This document shows, piece after piece, positions 1 through 11,584 of a DNA stretch of 64,000 bases. The DNA comes from an uncultured Nitrospiraceae bacterium (GTDB lineage Bacteria; Nitrospirota; Nitrospiria; Nitrospirales; Nitrospiraceae). Within the stretch, counting starts at the first letter, position 1; the number at the start of each line of letters is the position of its first letter. Position numbers and translations under genes: made by a program. The notes beneath the pieces were generated by a model. That model ran no database searches. It was not told where the DNA came from and worked only from the letters and a program-made list of their open reading frames with translations. The stretch spans positions 16,910 to 80,909 of the forward strand of contig CAVPLT010000003.1 of NCBI GenBank assembly GCA_963706325.1, in the 5' to 3' direction.

Positions 1-366
1 GCAGAGCAACTCATGAACAGGCAAGGAGCAACGAGTGGAATTGATCGAATCCAGACGGCCTTTCACGAGTTTATGCGAGCTGGTTGTGTAAAAAATGGCA
101 TTACCATCCCACCTGATTCCAGTATTACGGCGTTGTTTAAATTGCTGCGCGAGAACCATCCAGCTTTCTCAGCAAGAACGGTAAATAATACGGATTTGCA
201 GCGAGTGCTTAGAGGCATAGCGACGATTGTGGATGCGCTAAACCCATTGCGAAACCGGGCAAGTTTGGCTCATCCAAATGAAGCGTTACTCGACGAGGCC
301 GACGCTATGCTGACGATCAACTGCATCCGTACGCTTCTTCACTACCTTAATGCTCGACTACAATAA
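1..366 (+). CDS. Abortive infection C-terminal (Abi_C) domain protein, 5' end outside window
   Basis: C-terminal motif LNPLRNRASLAHPNE...EADAMLTIN typical of Abi_C family; frame open to the window edge. Confidence 0.75.
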   Translation, partial: AEQLMNRQGATSGIDRIQTAFHEFMRAGCVKNGITIPPDSSITALFKLLRENHPAFSARTVNNTDLQRVLRGIATIVDALNPLRNRASLAHPNEALLDEADAMLTINCIRTLLHYLNARLQ

Positions 367-1023
367 AGATTCGATCTTCGGACATGACGGTCTAGCTCAC
401 CGGGGACATAGCGACTCACGGTTATCGTTTATTCTTGCTGCGAATCAGTTTCCACCCTTTAAGACTGCGGAATGCTGCTATTCCCTGCTCAGATAGTTGC
501 GGTCGCCACGAGTGCTTTACCTGACCGGAGGACTTTGTTCGTCTGGGATAGACGAATCCCCCGTGACTTTCGACGGACGGCTGTGCCGACTATGGTCAGA
601 GCTGCGGAAATGAAGAAATATTTTGAAGACTTCTATCGCAAGCTTTGAGTTCCAAATCGGCGCCTTCCCCACAGCAGATTTCATCACGACCAGCCGCCCA
701 ATCCAATTCGCCGGACAAAACAGCAATTTGGGGGTAAGTCCGATCAGTGGGGTGGGTGGTCTCCACGCCTGACCAATGAAGACCTTAAGCAGTATCCGGC
801 TTTACCGGAGTTCGGAACTCCTAGTATAGAAAGCATGGATTGATAACGCGATCGGCATTGGTATCACAAGCTACCGGCACGCCATGCGAGCTGGCATCTA
901 TGGCACACGTCGCGTCAGCTTCCATGGACGTAATCGCACAAAATGAGGGTAGAGCGGTTCAACAGCAGGAGGTGGCGACGAACCAAGCGTCCGCCGCCGA
1001 CTCGATGCGCTGGTTCGATGCTC

Positions 1024-2043
1024 CTATTCGACAACCTTCTCCATCGTATTGATGCTTACATGCGGCCACTGGATGAGACCTGGGCAGCAGCCGGGGGGCA
1101 ATCCATCCGAGCGCGGGAAGAAGTCCAGCATGACCAGTTGCGAATATTGCAGCCGCAACTTCGGCTCCCCATTCTTGTCTTTCTCCTTCAATTCCTGAAT
1201 CCAGAAGGTAGACTTCACCACCGTCGCATTCGCCTGCCTCACGACGAATGGAATGTTGACCACGCCACCCGTCGGCCGCGTCGAATCAACGTCGAGGACT
1301 GTCGTCTTCTCAATCTCGACCCCTTCGTTGGCTTTTTCGAGCAGATCGTTCGGGCTCACCGGGTTGAACAGTCCCTGAAAAAACTTTTCTGGCTTTTCAC
1401 CAAAGTGTTTGTATGGCGCCAGGTAGGGGTTATTGAGATCTTGATCGACCCCGATCGGCAAACCACTGATATCAGGAATGCTTTGTGCTCCTGAGTGTTC
1501 ACTGCTTCGGCCTAAGGCCAACACCGAGTCGCCATGAGGAATGGTCGCGAGTCGTCCAATATTGAGGCCCTCAGTGATGCCATTCGTCATATGCAGCCAC
1601 AAACCCGGTTCATGATGAATGACATCTCCAGGCGAACCCGCCAGGCCGCTGTTCGGGAAGTCATCACCAGCGATTTGCCTTATTCTCTGTTGATAGTCTA
1701 ATGCCACGAGAAACTGATCGGTATTAGCGGGAGTTCCAGGAACGAGACGGATGCCACGATTCGGTACGGCCTTGTCGACTAGGATAAACTCAAGCTCTTC
1801 GTTGTATTGGTGGAGCAGCAACCGATAATTGAGGGGGAAGGGAACCCCCGGGGGGGGCGGCGCTACAAACGGCAGGGCAATCATATTCCAACCACGACCT
1901 GGTAGGTTCGGCAAGTTCGCCCACTTTCCCGGAAGAAGCTTCAACGGTCCAAGCTCCTGGTCATTCGTCTTAGGTTTTTCAAGCCTTCGCTTTTTATCCT
2001 TGAGCTTTGCCGGTTCCGTTTTCATCGTCTTAAAATCTTTCAT
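1024..2043 (-). CDS. Putative heme-binding beta-barrel protein
   Basis: LGPLKLLPGKW, GWNMIALP, HHEPGLWL, ATIPHG, LQYSQ and WPHVSINT motifs; AAGGAG RBS upstream. Confidence 0.7.
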   Translation of the reverse strand: MKDFKTMKTEPAKLKDKKRRLEKPKTNDQELGPLKLLPGKWANLPNLPGRGWNMIALPFVAPPPPGVPFPLNYRLLLHQYNEELEFILVDKAVPNRGIRLVPGTPANTDQFLVALDYQQRIRQIAGDDFPNSGLAGSPGDVIHHEPGLWLHMTNGITEGLNIGRLATIPHGDSVLALGRSSEHSGAQSIPDISGLPIGVDQDLNNPYLAPYKHFGEKPEKFFQGLFNPVSPNDLLEKANEGVEIEKTTVLDVDSTRPTGGVVNIPFVVRQANATVVKSTFWIQELKEKDKNGEPKLRLQYSQLVMLDFFPRSDGLPPGCCPGLIQWPHVSINTMEKVVE

Positions 2044-2926
2044 CGTAAAAGCTCCTTTTGATTTAGGTGAACCACGCTTGTAGGAACCGATAGGTATTTA
2101 GCCGCATAACCGGAATAGCGAACCGATTAACAAGACACGAGACCAACTACAGCCTCCTTCTCTTGATTCCCCATTCCCTCATAAAGCATGGACCGCACAT
2201 GAGTCCGACGATAGTCCGAGCAGTTCGATTGTTGTCTGGGATTACATTCCTAACAGCAAGCGAGATGCCAGTGGGATCACAAGACGCAGGAACGCCGTGG
2301 TGAGATCGTTGTATTGTTTTACTTTCAGCATTGTAGAGGCCTTGGGAACGGTCATAACCCGCGCGAGACACACCGCACTGATTGACTCGATATGTATTGG
2401 ATGTGATACAGGAGGGGTATCGAATCCGATACTTGCGAAAACAATTGATCAATGTTTATCAGGCGCCGACAACCTACCCCACGGGAAAAGTATGGTACTG
2501 AGATGGCCGCAGATGTGTCTGGGTTGTCCTTTTCAAATAGCAGCGAGGTAGCAGGCACTCCTACAACGGAGGACACATGAAATAATCTTACCGTTTCGAA
2601 CTAAGTCCATCGGACGACAGGAATGTTTTTCGCTTTCTATGAGCCAAGTCATGGAGCGTGAATGACTGTCTGGCACTATGAGGGCGACCCTTTAACCAGT
2701 TTCACCTTCACCCCATTATGATAAGTAAAGTGATCGGCCGCGATCGCAGAGAAGGTCGACCGTCTGCTCGTCATCGGTAGCCTGTGCGTATGTCAACGAA
2801 TGATCTCGCCGGGCTCGGAGCCATGCAGGCAATGGAAAGGGGCAAGGACAGCACGACACGAGTATGAACTGAATCTCTCGGTCGAAACCCTGATCATACC
2901 CGCACGGGTTATTTCCCAAGATGGAT

Positions 2927-3560
2927 GGATGCGGCCGGCCGCCTGCGGTGGTTCTTCCGGTTCTGGCACGAGGAGAAACGTCGACAGTTCGGATCATTAA
3001 CACGAAGACGGAAGCTCGGGAGTTCTATGAAAAGGCTGAACAGGAGCAGAAGCTAGGACAGTTTTTTCCCGAGCGATGCCAGTCGAGCGGGTTTGCCAAG
3101 CTGGAACGGTTCTGGACGAGTTTTCTCGCAGGATTTACCGGGAAAACGAAGCGGGAGGAAATGCGCTTCGCTCGAAATGGAACTCCCTCTATTCGAGGGC
3201 AGGATTAAACGCATTAACCCCCGCCGCACTCAAAAGGCACGTGCGTTGCTGACCGAGGAAGGCCGCACGCTTCGTCGGGTGCTCAACAAGTCGGGCGCCA
3301 CCGAAGGGACGATCGCCGCCCTGCTTCGGCACAGCGGCACGACGCTGGTGAGCGGTATGCGCAACTCGGTCCATCACATCTGCAGCAGAAAATCGAAAAA
3401 CTGTCTTCCTTTGGCAGGAACACACGAGAGGCGAAGGTTCAATCTGATGGGCCAAAAGAGGGGCCGGTGGCTTGGAGGGAACGCGAGATTGGCACTGATC
3501 CAAATGATTCAGGAACGACGGGCTCGTTTGCAACCGTGAGTGAAACCGTGACCCACGCGA
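2927..3560 (+). pseudogene. Decayed tyrosine integrase (family A), paralog of 53514-54767, with internal deletion and frameshifts
   Basis: KTEAREFYEKAEQEQKLGQFFPER and SGATEGTIAALLRHSGTTLV match the intact integrase; the segment between VLNK and SGATEG is missing. Confidence 0.9.
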
Positions 3561-3599
3561 AGTGACTGGGTGCGAGGAAGCGCGAAGTACTGAAATTTC

Positions 3600-3644
3600 T
3601 GGAGCCGGCGAGTGGAATCGAACCACCGACCTGCGGTTTACGAA
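3600..3644 (-). repeat. att site copy 1: 3' half of tRNA-Thr(CGT)
   Basis: Reverse complement TTCGTAAACCGCAGGTCGGTGGTTCGATTCCACTCGCCGGCTCCA gives the anticodon loop, T-arm, acceptor 3' strand and CCA; no 5' half. Confidence 0.95.
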
Positions 3645-4011
3645 TGAGGACAGGACAATTATTGAAATGCTCGGTCATTCAAATGGTTTCCCCACTTTAA
3701 CCGTAAATACCATGACATGGTTGCTTCCCAGGAACTCGATAGATTCGAGAGGAACTGATGGTGCTCAACAGAGTCTAGCCCATATTTAACGTGTCCATTG
3801 TGCAACCAGGGACTAAGGCACGGCAGGAGGAAAGCAATCGAGCGAGAGCAGGTTTCCGACCGCACTCTAGCCGTACAGTGGCAGAGCGTCTCGTGTTATC
3901 GGTCACGTTGAAAACATTTCGTTGGAATGGAAAGCATCACTAGTCCCAGCGTATCGCGTAAATATGACTCCCAGCGATGAACGCATGCTCAGAGAGCGCC
4001 TCCAGAGGAAT

Positions 4012-4848
4012 TCACGGAATGCCCCCAGTCCTACTACGCTTGCCCCATGCGAGTAGTCCCACAAATCCAGAACCGAAAATCAGGAGAGTCATCGGCTCGG
4101 GCGCCGAAACTGATCCCGCTACAGGAATGCCGAAGATTGCATCAGGACGCGTAGCCGTATCATGAAATTCGATCTCAAAGCCCCCATTTCCAATAAGAGG
4201 CCCACTCGATGATTGGTACCCAAAAAGCGGACTGGTTAAGCCCGGTGCCAGTCCCTGTGAGCTTTGCGCTGACGTAAATGCCCAGTCAAGTTGCCTTTGC
4301 GGAATGAGGGCTGTCGATATCGTGACCCGCTGGGCATCTGACACCGTACTCCCGGCAAAGCCCAGTGCTTTGGAGCCGTCGAGATTTTTGCCCGGTCCGT
4401 CTCCCACACACAACGGACCTGAGAGCGAGCAACTCGACTGAGAGGAGGAACCAGTGGCACTCACGGCCAGGCCTTGATCGACAAATCCTAAGCGGAGGTT
4501 ACCATTATCGAACGATCCCACTGTCGTGGCTTTCACCGAATCGGGCCCCACGAAATCGAATACTCGTGGTCCTGAATTATTGGCGATCTGATAGAGGTAC
4601 GTAAATTGATGGGAGTCTAAATTCGTCGCGCCTGTACCGGGTCGGTACGAATCGGACAGGAGGCTAAGAAAAGAATCGCCGGGGGTTAACACCGCAAAGT
4701 TGACGACCACATCCCCACCTCTCACAAGACCTTGACTGTAGCCGGTGAAATCTTCCAGTGCGACAGCGTGGCAAGGTACAGAAAGAGGAGGAGCCAACGA
4801 CAGTGCCATTGATACACAGAATACAGCAACCGGCATTTTGGATGTCAT
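4012..4848 (-). CDS. PEP-CTERM sorting domain surface protein
   Basis: Signal peptide (MTSKMPVAVFCVSMALSL); C-terminal APEPMTLLIFGSGFVGLLAWGKRSR; GGAGGT RBS before ATG 4848. Confidence 0.85.
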   Translation of the reverse strand: MTSKMPVAVFCVSMALSLAPPLSVPCHAVALEDFTGYSQGLVRGGDVVVNFAVLTPGDSFLSLLSDSYRPGTGATNLDSHQFTYLYQIANNSGPRVFDFVGPDSVKATTVGSFDNGNLRLGFVDQGLAVSATGSSSQSSCSLSGPLCVGDGPGKNLDGSKALGFAGSTVSDAQRVTISTALIPQRQLDWAFTSAQSSQGLAPGLTSPLFGYQSSSGPLIGNGGFEIEFHDTATRPDAIFGIPVAGSVSAPEPMTLLIFGSGFVGLLAWGKRSRTGGIP

Positions 4849-5562
4849 GCCTGCACCTCCCGGTTTTGAATCGCAAGGCTGCCAATGGTTCCGGAATACT
4901 AGCATAGTGCCGCCCTATCAATGAATCATCCCCTTTGTGAATAAACGCTAGGGCAAACATATTACTGGTATTCTTGCAGGAAGTAGCGCACATGTTCGGT
5001 AATTATGATGAGTATCCGATAAGTGCAGGAGGCCGGAAGAATCGACGGTACCAGGATCTATCCAGTCCTAATTGGAGCCGATAAGGGCAGACTACAGGGC
5101 GGACTTGCGGTGAATCACGTCTGGTAGCTGCCCCGAGGATGTGAAAGTACGCTTCGATTTTGAGCGACCGGATGTGGGTTGCTGGGTGGCCCCGAGCCGT
5201 TTCGTCGCAAGCTTCGCGCCCTTCACGAGAGCCTGCTTGACTGACTCGCTGCGGCGCGGTTCGGTGACCGCCAGAATTGCTTGAGCTTCAGCTCGTTGGT
5301 CCCGCGTGTAGGAGGGGCCTCGGAGGAGAGGGCGCACAAGACTTCTAGTTCGACGTGGCTTCGGCAAAACCAGCACCCACCTTCTTCTTCGACTGCAGTT
5401 AATTAGTGCATCCCTTGCAAGCCGACTCATCAACCGCGTCACGCGGACTATGCAGACGGCCCATGCTAGACCTTACGTGAAACGGAGGCTGATCAAAATT
5501 GCTCTGTCAGGGGACGGAACCTATGCGGGTTTCCTGGGAATGTGAACTAAGGGAGGAGAGCA

Positions 5563-6219
5563 TCAGTCATGCAACACGATGTTCAAGAGGGAGCTGTGAA
5601 TGTGCAGGCCGCCGCTGTTGTATTGGATTAGGCCAAGCTTTCGGAACTTATTCATGAAGAAACTGATGCGTGACCGCGTGGTGCCGACCATCTCGGCCAG
5701 TGTTTCCTGGCTAATCTTCGCGATGACTGGTTCTGGCTTGCCCTCCTTTCCGAAATGGGCTAACAGCAACAGCACGCGGGCCAAGCGCTTCTCGCTGGAA
5801 TTGAAGAGTTGATCTACGAGGTCGGCCTCGATGCGAGCGTTGCGAGAGAGGAGATACGCCATAAAGAGCTCTGAGAAGGTGGATTCGTCGTGGAGGACTT
5901 GGATCATAGCGGTTTTATCGATACGCACAATCGTTGAGGCGTCAAGGGCCCTAGCGGAAGCCATGCGCAGCGGTTGTCCGGCCAGACAGCTTTCCCCAAA
6001 AAAGTTCGTACGCTCCAGAATGGCGACGACCGCCTCCTTGCCCTTTGCTGAGACCACGGTCAACTTCACCCGTCCCTCCTGAATGTAAAAGACCGAGTCA
6101 GCGGTATCGCCCTGGGAAAACAGGACGTCATTCTTCTTCGAATAGAGAAAAGTCTTTCCGCTGCCCACTTTGGCCAGGAAGGCGGTGGGGTTGAATGCGG
6201 TGGAGGGTGTGCGTGCCAT
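5563..6219 (-). CDS. Crp/Fnr family transcriptional regulator
   Basis: cNMP-binding domain (FFGESCL) and Crp HTH (ISQETLAEMVGTTRSRIS). Confidence 0.93.
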   Translation of the reverse strand: MARTPSTAFNPTAFLAKVGSGKTFLYSKKNDVLFSQGDTADSVFYIQEGRVKLTVVSAKGKEAVVAILERTNFFGESCLAGQPLRMASARALDASTIVRIDKTAMIQVLHDESTFSELFMAYLLSRNARIEADLVDQLFNSSEKRLARVLLLLAHFGKEGKPEPVIAKISQETLAEMVGTTRSRISFFMNKFRKLGLIQYNSGGLHIHSSLLNIVLHD

Positions 6220-6479
6220 ACGTGTCCTGTCTGGGTGGGCGGTAGCTGAATTAAGCTCAGAGTCTCATTTTTTAATGCCTTAGTTAGGTGAGGATATACT
6301 AACTCTGGATCCCCTGTTCTCGCAATAACAGCTGCTACCCGGCCTTCCCCTGCATTTCTTGAAGTGGTCTATTTTGACCAGTCAGTTTGCCCCCGTCATG
6401 GGTAGAATGATGGCGTCAAAACTTCGATCCTGGAGTTAGTCTGAGAGAAAACAGTGACGGATAAGAAGGAGAATCGACC

Positions 6480-6704
6480 ATGTTGTGTGCACGCTGTGGC
6501 GGTCTGCTCATGCAGAACTGGTGGGACTCTAAGGGGAGTGTCCAAGAACGAATGCCGAGTACGCGATGCGTGAACTGTGGCTGCATCAATGACCCGGTAA
6601 TTCTGGCGAACAGGCGGCCGTTGCACCGCGCCCGAATAACGCTAACCCGCGACTGCACGAACTCCGTAAAGTTATCGATACCTTCTCCACAGGGGAAAAT
6701 GTAG
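6480..6704 (+). CDS. Small zinc-ribbon protein
   Basis: CARC...RCVNCG motif; AAGGAG RBS. Confidence 0.65.
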   Translation: MLCARCGGLLMQNWWDSKGSVQERMPSTRCVNCGCINDPVILANRRPLHRARITLTRDCTNSVKLSIPSPQGKM

Positions 6705-6895
6705 CTCTGACATGCCATTCCGAAAGAGTCAAGGGTAGGCAAAATCAGAATACCCTTCAGCAGACTGAGCAGCGGCTGCAAAGGTTTTCTTGCCATCACA
6801 CTGGTCACATTACGTGCCTTCCTAGCGAGTTAATTGCCACGGTGGTCGCTTCCTTGCCCGAATAATAACCAGTATGAAGAAATTCGAGGATAATC

Positions 6896-8215
6896 ATGGC
6901 TGAAGTCACAGTTTCCCCCCAGGTACTCACTCCCGCCCAGCGTTCCGAGTCTCACTTGCTGGCGCAATACGCCATCACCCTGGTCTTGGCAGAGTCCGCC
7001 ACCCTGCAGGAGGCCATTCCGGCCATTCTACGAAGCATAGGCGAAAGCCTCGGCTGGCACTTGACCCTATTTTGGAAAGTGGATGAACAGACGAGTGCGT
7101 TGCGGTTTGCCAGCCTCTGGCATCACTCGAAGATCGACGCATCTGGATTCATTGCAGACAGCCGAGACCGACCCATTCAGCACGAGGGAGAACTGATTGA
7201 ACGTGTCTGGAAAACTGGCAAGCCGTTTTGGGCTCCCGACATTGTCCTGGAAACCGGGTTCCGCCGAGCATCAATCGCGGCCCGCGCGGGTCTCCATGGC
7301 TGGTGCGCCTTTCCGGTTCGAAAAGGCAACCGGATTTATGGCGTCATTGAATGCTTCAGCCCTGAGATCCGCCAGCCGGATCATGCAGTGCTGCATATGA
7401 TGGCCGACATCGGCATTAAGATTGGTCAATTTGTCGATCGTAAGGAGACTGAGGTAGCGCTTCGCATTTTGGAGGCGCATGACGAGGAAGAGGCCCGGTT
7501 GGCTGAAGTGGCACGCGTATTGGGAGACATCGCACACGACATCAAAAATATGCTGATGCCAGTCGTCTCAGGGACGTCCCTTCTGGAGGAGGAACTCAAC
7601 GAGTGCTACGGGCGCATGCCGCAACCGGTGACGGCCGCCGTGACAACGAGCCGTGAGCTGACAAAGGAGCTGATCGAGATGATTCAGAACGGATCCCGGC
7701 GGATTCAACATCGGGTCGGAGAATTTGCCGACTCCATCAAGGGACATACTCGCTCTCCGCACATTGCTCCCTGTCACATGGCCAAGCTAGTGTCGAGCGT
7801 GTATGCCATCCTTCAAATCCCTGCCAAGGAATGCGGCATTACCCTTTGCGTCGAGGGCCTCGACAGATTGCCCATGATTCAAGCGGATGAGAGCCAGCTG
7901 TTCAATGCCTTTTACAACTTAGTTAATAATGCCTTGGCGGAGGTCCCGCCCGATGGCTCAATCACCGTTAAGGGCCAAACGGAACCCGGCGGGAGGAGGA
8001 TTATGGTGTCGGTCGTCGACACCGGAAAGGGCATGCCGCCCGAAATCCGGGAAAGTCTGTTTACCTACCATGCGATTAGCCGAAAGGTTGGAGGCACCGG
8101 ACTTGGAACAAAAATTGTGAAGGATGTGATCGACGCGCATCAAGGGGAAATAACCGTGGAGAGTGAGCCAGGTGTCGGAACCTCGTTCCATATCACGTTA
8201 CCGGTGGGGGGATAG
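6896..8215 (+). CDS. GAF-domain sensor histidine kinase
   Basis: GAF domain, H-box IAHDIKNML, N box NLVNNA, DTGKG and GGTGLG. Confidence 0.92.
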   Translation: MAEVTVSPQVLTPAQRSESHLLAQYAITLVLAESATLQEAIPAILRSIGESLGWHLTLFWKVDEQTSALRFASLWHHSKIDASGFIADSRDRPIQHEGELIERVWKTGKPFWAPDIVLETGFRRASIAARAGLHGWCAFPVRKGNRIYGVIECFSPEIRQPDHAVLHMMADIGIKIGQFVDRKETEVALRILEAHDEEEARLAEVARVLGDIAHDIKNMLMPVVSGTSLLEEELNECYGRMPQPVTAAVTTSRELTKELIEMIQNGSRRIQHRVGEFADSIKGHTRSPHIAPCHMAKLVSSVYAILQIPAKECGITLCVEGLDRLPMIQADESQLFNAFYNLVNNALAEVPPDGSITVKGQTEPGGRRIMVSVVDTGKGMPPEIRESLFTYHAISRKVGGTGLGTKIVKDVIDAHQGEITVESEPGVGTSFHITLPVGG

Positions 8216-8376
8216 GATGCGCAGCTCGCGCGAGGACATCTTCCGCCGTACGCTCTCTTTCCCCTCTTCCTCCCGCTGTCAGCCAGAACCCCCGTTTGAG
8301 CACACCCACAAGTAAGGCATGCTTCTCGGCCTGCCAGGTCTGAAGAAAGCGGGCCAGCCAACCGCCCACGAGTTAG

Positions 8377-8559
8377 TTACTTCTCTTCTCGGATTGCTGC
8401 TTTTACTTTCGCCCTAAGCTCCGGGGTGACCTCCCGAATCCCATGTTGTTTGGCGTGTTCCGCGGCATTCTTGAGCACTTCCTCTTCGGTCTGACCACGG
8501 ACCACATGCTTGCATCCCGACGACGGATCGACTGTGGAACATTCAACAATCTTAGCCAT
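8377..8559 (-). CDS. DUF1059 family small metal-binding protein
   Basis: C...GC..VVRGQTEEEVL....EHAKQHG pattern; GGAGG RBS. Confidence 0.85.
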   Translation of the reverse strand: MAKIVECSTVDPSSGCKHVVRGQTEEEVLKNAAEHAKQHGIREVTPELRAKVKAAIREEK

Positions 8560-8907
8560 GATGACAACCTCCTCCGTGCCATATTTGTGGCCACGAAGGA
8601 TTGTCCGCGAAAAAACGGGGTAGAGTCAATTGTCCATTTCGTCATTTTTATCGGCCAGCTTCGCATCCCGAGAAGGAGATACCGGTTCTGGAAGGCTGGC
8701 GACTGTGGTGGCAGTCCGCTTACCGGCAGAAAGTGTGGGCGCTGGTATCCACTGGAGGACGACCCAAGCGTTCACGATTTTTTAAACGCCCCGGCGGAGT
8801 GGCTCACTCAACGACTCAGTCGGCGCGATGGTCCTGATGAGGGAGAGCATATCAATCATTTGCTGATCCGCGATTTGTTCGTCCCATGTCGGCGTCTCTT
8901 CGTCTGA

Positions 8908-9132
8908 TCACAAATCAGGTCCGGTTCTACCCGGATCCCACAAGGCGACCAGTTTGGCTTTATGGGCAAGGGCGATATGCCGTGCCTCGGACTGAGAGGT
9001 ATAGCCCTCCCGCTGGACGGTCCGGCTGTCGTACGCAACAGTGGGACTCAGAGGCACCTCTGCCTTCAATGTTAGGATGCGATAGTGCCATCTATGTTGC
9101 ACCTGGAATAAATCCAGATCGTATTGAGCCAC
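8908..9132 (-). CDS. Hypothetical protein
   Basis: Co-oriented with the neighbouring minus-strand small-gene cluster; protein-like composition. Confidence 0.4.
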   Translation of the reverse strand: MAQYDLDLFQVQHRWHYRILTLKAEVPLSPTVAYDSRTVQREGYTSQSEARHIALAHKAKLVALWDPGRTGPDL

Positions 9133-9270
9133 GATAGTGTGTCAATGGGTCAGTGATGAATGATATGAGTGCACGGTGCACTTCCCGCCCACGCTATTCC
9201 GAGATGTCCTCCAGGACGAGTCCATCTAGTCTGCGTCTCGCCCACGCTTGCACACAGCCCAACCGCCGCG

Positions 9271-9651
9271 CTAGAAGGCACGATAGACGGCCAGGAGATC
9301 ACTCAGCGCCACCGTCTTCGTCTGGAAGATGACCCGCTGCGCCCCCAACACATCGAGCGCGGCCACTTTTTCGGTGCCTCCCAGGATGGCCTTCGCACCC
9401 AGGGTGAGCACCCGCTCGCATTCTTTTTCCACCTTGCCTTTTACGACTGGGTTCACCTTCAGTATCTCCAGCATTTCTGCCCGAGTTGAGGCCAAATTCT
9501 CCTGAAGTTCTACCTCAGGAGAGTCCTTGCGTACCGTCTCGCTATCGCATCTATCAATGTATTGAGTCAGAAAGACGTACAACCGTACGAAGGTTTCCGC
9601 GATGTTGATGTGTTGCGCAGTCAATTCCTTCTGAAGCATTGGCGCTTCCAT
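9271..9651 (-). CDS. Hypothetical alpha-helical protein
   Basis: 126-aa ORF with normal composition in the cluster. Confidence 0.65.
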   Translation of the reverse strand: MEAPMLQKELTAQHINIAETFVRLYVFLTQYIDRCDSETVRKDSPEVELQENLASTRAEMLEILKVNPVVKGKVEKECERVLTLGAKAILGGTEKVAALDVLGAQRVIFQTKTVALSDLLAVYRAF

Positions 9652-9710
9652 GAGGTGCTGAGGGACGTCGCGGTCAGTTTCGCAGAGTGCTATCGCTGAT
9701 GATTACCGTC

Positions 9711-9959
9711 TTAGAGGTCTTCGGCATAAATCTCAAAAAAGGCATCGACACTTTCGAGCAATTGGGCTTTGATTTGGGCTGGTGTCCCGTTGATGACATG
9801 CACAGCCATCGTTCCTACTGATCCGTTTGGAAGCGTGACGGGGACGTGGGAATGGCTGAATTCTGTGCCCGTTCCCCGATCCAGCCGCATGCCATAGCCG
9901 AGCGTAAATTCCGGCCCGCTCTTGGGCGTTCCGTTCTGTGGGGGTACATCCACGAACAC
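9711..9959 (-). CDS. Hypothetical protein (possibly 5'-truncated)
   Basis: Protein-like ORF with GGAGG just upstream. Confidence 0.5.
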   Translation of the reverse strand: MFVDVPPQNGTPKSGPEFTLGYGMRLDRGTGTEFSHSHVPVTLPNGSVGTMAVHVINGTPAQIKAQLLESVDAFFEIYAEDL

Positions 9960-10190
9960 ACCTCCTTCCAGGTCGATCTATGACCCTTCTCCCTTTTACT
10001 TCTTATAATCGGCTAAAGCCGTCTTGATGGCATCTTCTGCCAATACGAAGCACTGAATCTTGTCCGGCGGCAAATTCAGCTCCTGCAAAATGTCCGTGTT
10101 CTTGATCCGCGCGTCTTCTTCTACGAACTATACGCACGGCTTCGCTTGAAGTGGACAGCCTGTAGTGGAACACTTGGCACCGATCCGGCA

Positions 10191-10409
10191 TTACCGTCCT
10201 CGGTTTAAGGAATTGGATCCTATAAATTCGGCCGGCGCGAGCGAGCTCCGCAGCTCGTCCAGGTGTTCCTGCATCTCTTCCAGGACATGGCCAATTCGTT
10301 TGGCTGAACAGTGACGGAGCTGGTGGAGGTTCCTCCCCGTCCAGATGCGAGGAGCACTGCGGATGGGCGAATGTAAAGTCATTACATACGTCTGCGGTGT
10401 CTTCTTCAT
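10191..10409 (-). CDS. Hypothetical small protein
   Basis: AAGGAGG RBS before ATG. Confidence 0.45.
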   Translation of the reverse strand: MKKTPQTYVMTLHSPIRSAPRIWTGRNLHQLRHCSAKRIGHVLEEMQEHLDELRSSLAPAEFIGSNSLNRGR

Positions 10410-10571
10410 GTCGTCCTCCTTGAAATGGCCCCCTGGATCGGGCCTTTAGGAACATCATTGCGCCCGATTGACCTGGTTTCGAGTCCACGAGTAACGACAG
10501 GAGATCACTCAGGACTATCTATGCTGTTCAAGCTAAGGCATAAGAGCGCTGTTTTGACAGCGTCATAGAGT

Positions 10572-10916
10572 TTAGCTCCAGGTGCGGTGTTGTTCACTCA
10601 CATGCTCGGCACCATCTTTTTTCAGGATGACCCACTCTACGTCATCGGGAATAGTCACGATCTTGAGTTCCGCACAGTGCCCGTTGGCCTCTCCGCGCAA
10701 CTCCTCCACCACTTGCACAAGTCGTTGGTCATCGCGGGGAATCAGCATCCCGCATCGATTGAGACTTGGCTCCTGAGGACTGGCGGCCTCAGGCCAGTAG
10801 GCCCCGTGATCCGTTTCCCTTAAGGCATCCGGCTGCCCTAACTCCCGCAACCGAAGGAATGCCTTATGGCTCACACAAAACCGGTCGTAACTTGTATTGA
10901 TAACGATTTGGGCCAT
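10572..10916 (-). CDS. Conserved hypothetical protein, phage-associated-like family
   Basis: IVINTSY...RDDQRLVQVVEELRGEANG..AELKIVTIPDDVEW...DGAEHVSEQHRTW resembles a motif I recall from uncharacterised phage proteins. Confidence 0.7.
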   Translation of the reverse strand: MAQIVINTSYDRFCVSHKAFLRLRELGQPDALRETDHGAYWPEAASPQEPSLNRCGMLIPRDDQRLVQVVEELRGEANGHCAELKIVTIPDDVEWVILKKDGAEHVSEQHRTWS

Positions 10917-10996
10917 ATGCCACTCTCTTTCTGTTGCTCACACGGAAACGTGTGAGGTAGATCGCCAACATGCCCGACTCTTGATAGGGACCAGGG

Positions 10997-11242
10997 TTAG
11001 GAGGAAGCCAACTCGGGGTCTTTATAGCCGATGTAGTTTCCCGTCCAATGCGAATATCGGCGATTGACCCAGGTGCTCACTTCGTCCTTCTTCGTCTCCC
11101 CATAGCGCTTGAGAACAATGTCGGTAAACGTCGTGAGATTCCCCTGGATCTCTTTGAGATCGGCATCAGTAATTTTCTCCCACTTGGCTTTCAAGGGAGC
11201 CCTTAGCTGTGACCAAAATTGCTGAAACTGTTCTTGTATCAT
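10997..11242 (-). CDS. CsbD family general stress protein
   Basis: QFWSQLRAPLKAKWEKITDADLKEIQGN...KRYG..KDE; AAGGAG RBS before ATG 11242. Confidence 0.8.
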   Translation of the reverse strand: MIQEQFQQFWSQLRAPLKAKWEKITDADLKEIQGNLTTFTDIVLKRYGETKKDEVSTWVNRRYSHWTGNYIGYKDPELASS

Positions 11243-11287
11243 TGCGTGCTCCTTGGGGTGCTGGGTTGCCTCGAAAGGCAACTCGTA

Positions 11288-11584
11288 TTAGAACTGGGGG
11301 GCGCCTTGATCTGTTTTTCTGATCCCTTCCTCTCCTTGACAGGTGCGTTCCGCCAACATGCGCTGTCCAACACTAGCCTTGTCGGGGATTCTCGCGAGGC
11401 AAGCTTTCAGCGTGTCCTCCACGGCCCCCGATGCCACATCGCTGTGCTTGTCCAGGGGAGCGGTAATCATGGCGCCCTTCACGTGCGTATCCTCCGCATG
11501 GGTGCGAAACGGGGAGAGCGAGAATGCGAGCAATAGCACGGATGAGCATAGGATCGACCGTTTTACGAAGACATGAGTTCTCAT
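11288..11584 (-). CDS. Secreted hypothetical protein
   Basis: Signal peptide then GAVEDTLKACLARIP...C pair; GAGG RBS. Confidence 0.7.
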   Translation of the reverse strand: MRTHVFVKRSILCSSVLLLAFSLSPFRTHAEDTHVKGAMITAPLDKHSDVASGAVEDTLKACLARIPDKASVGQRMLAERTCQGEEGIRKTDQGAPQF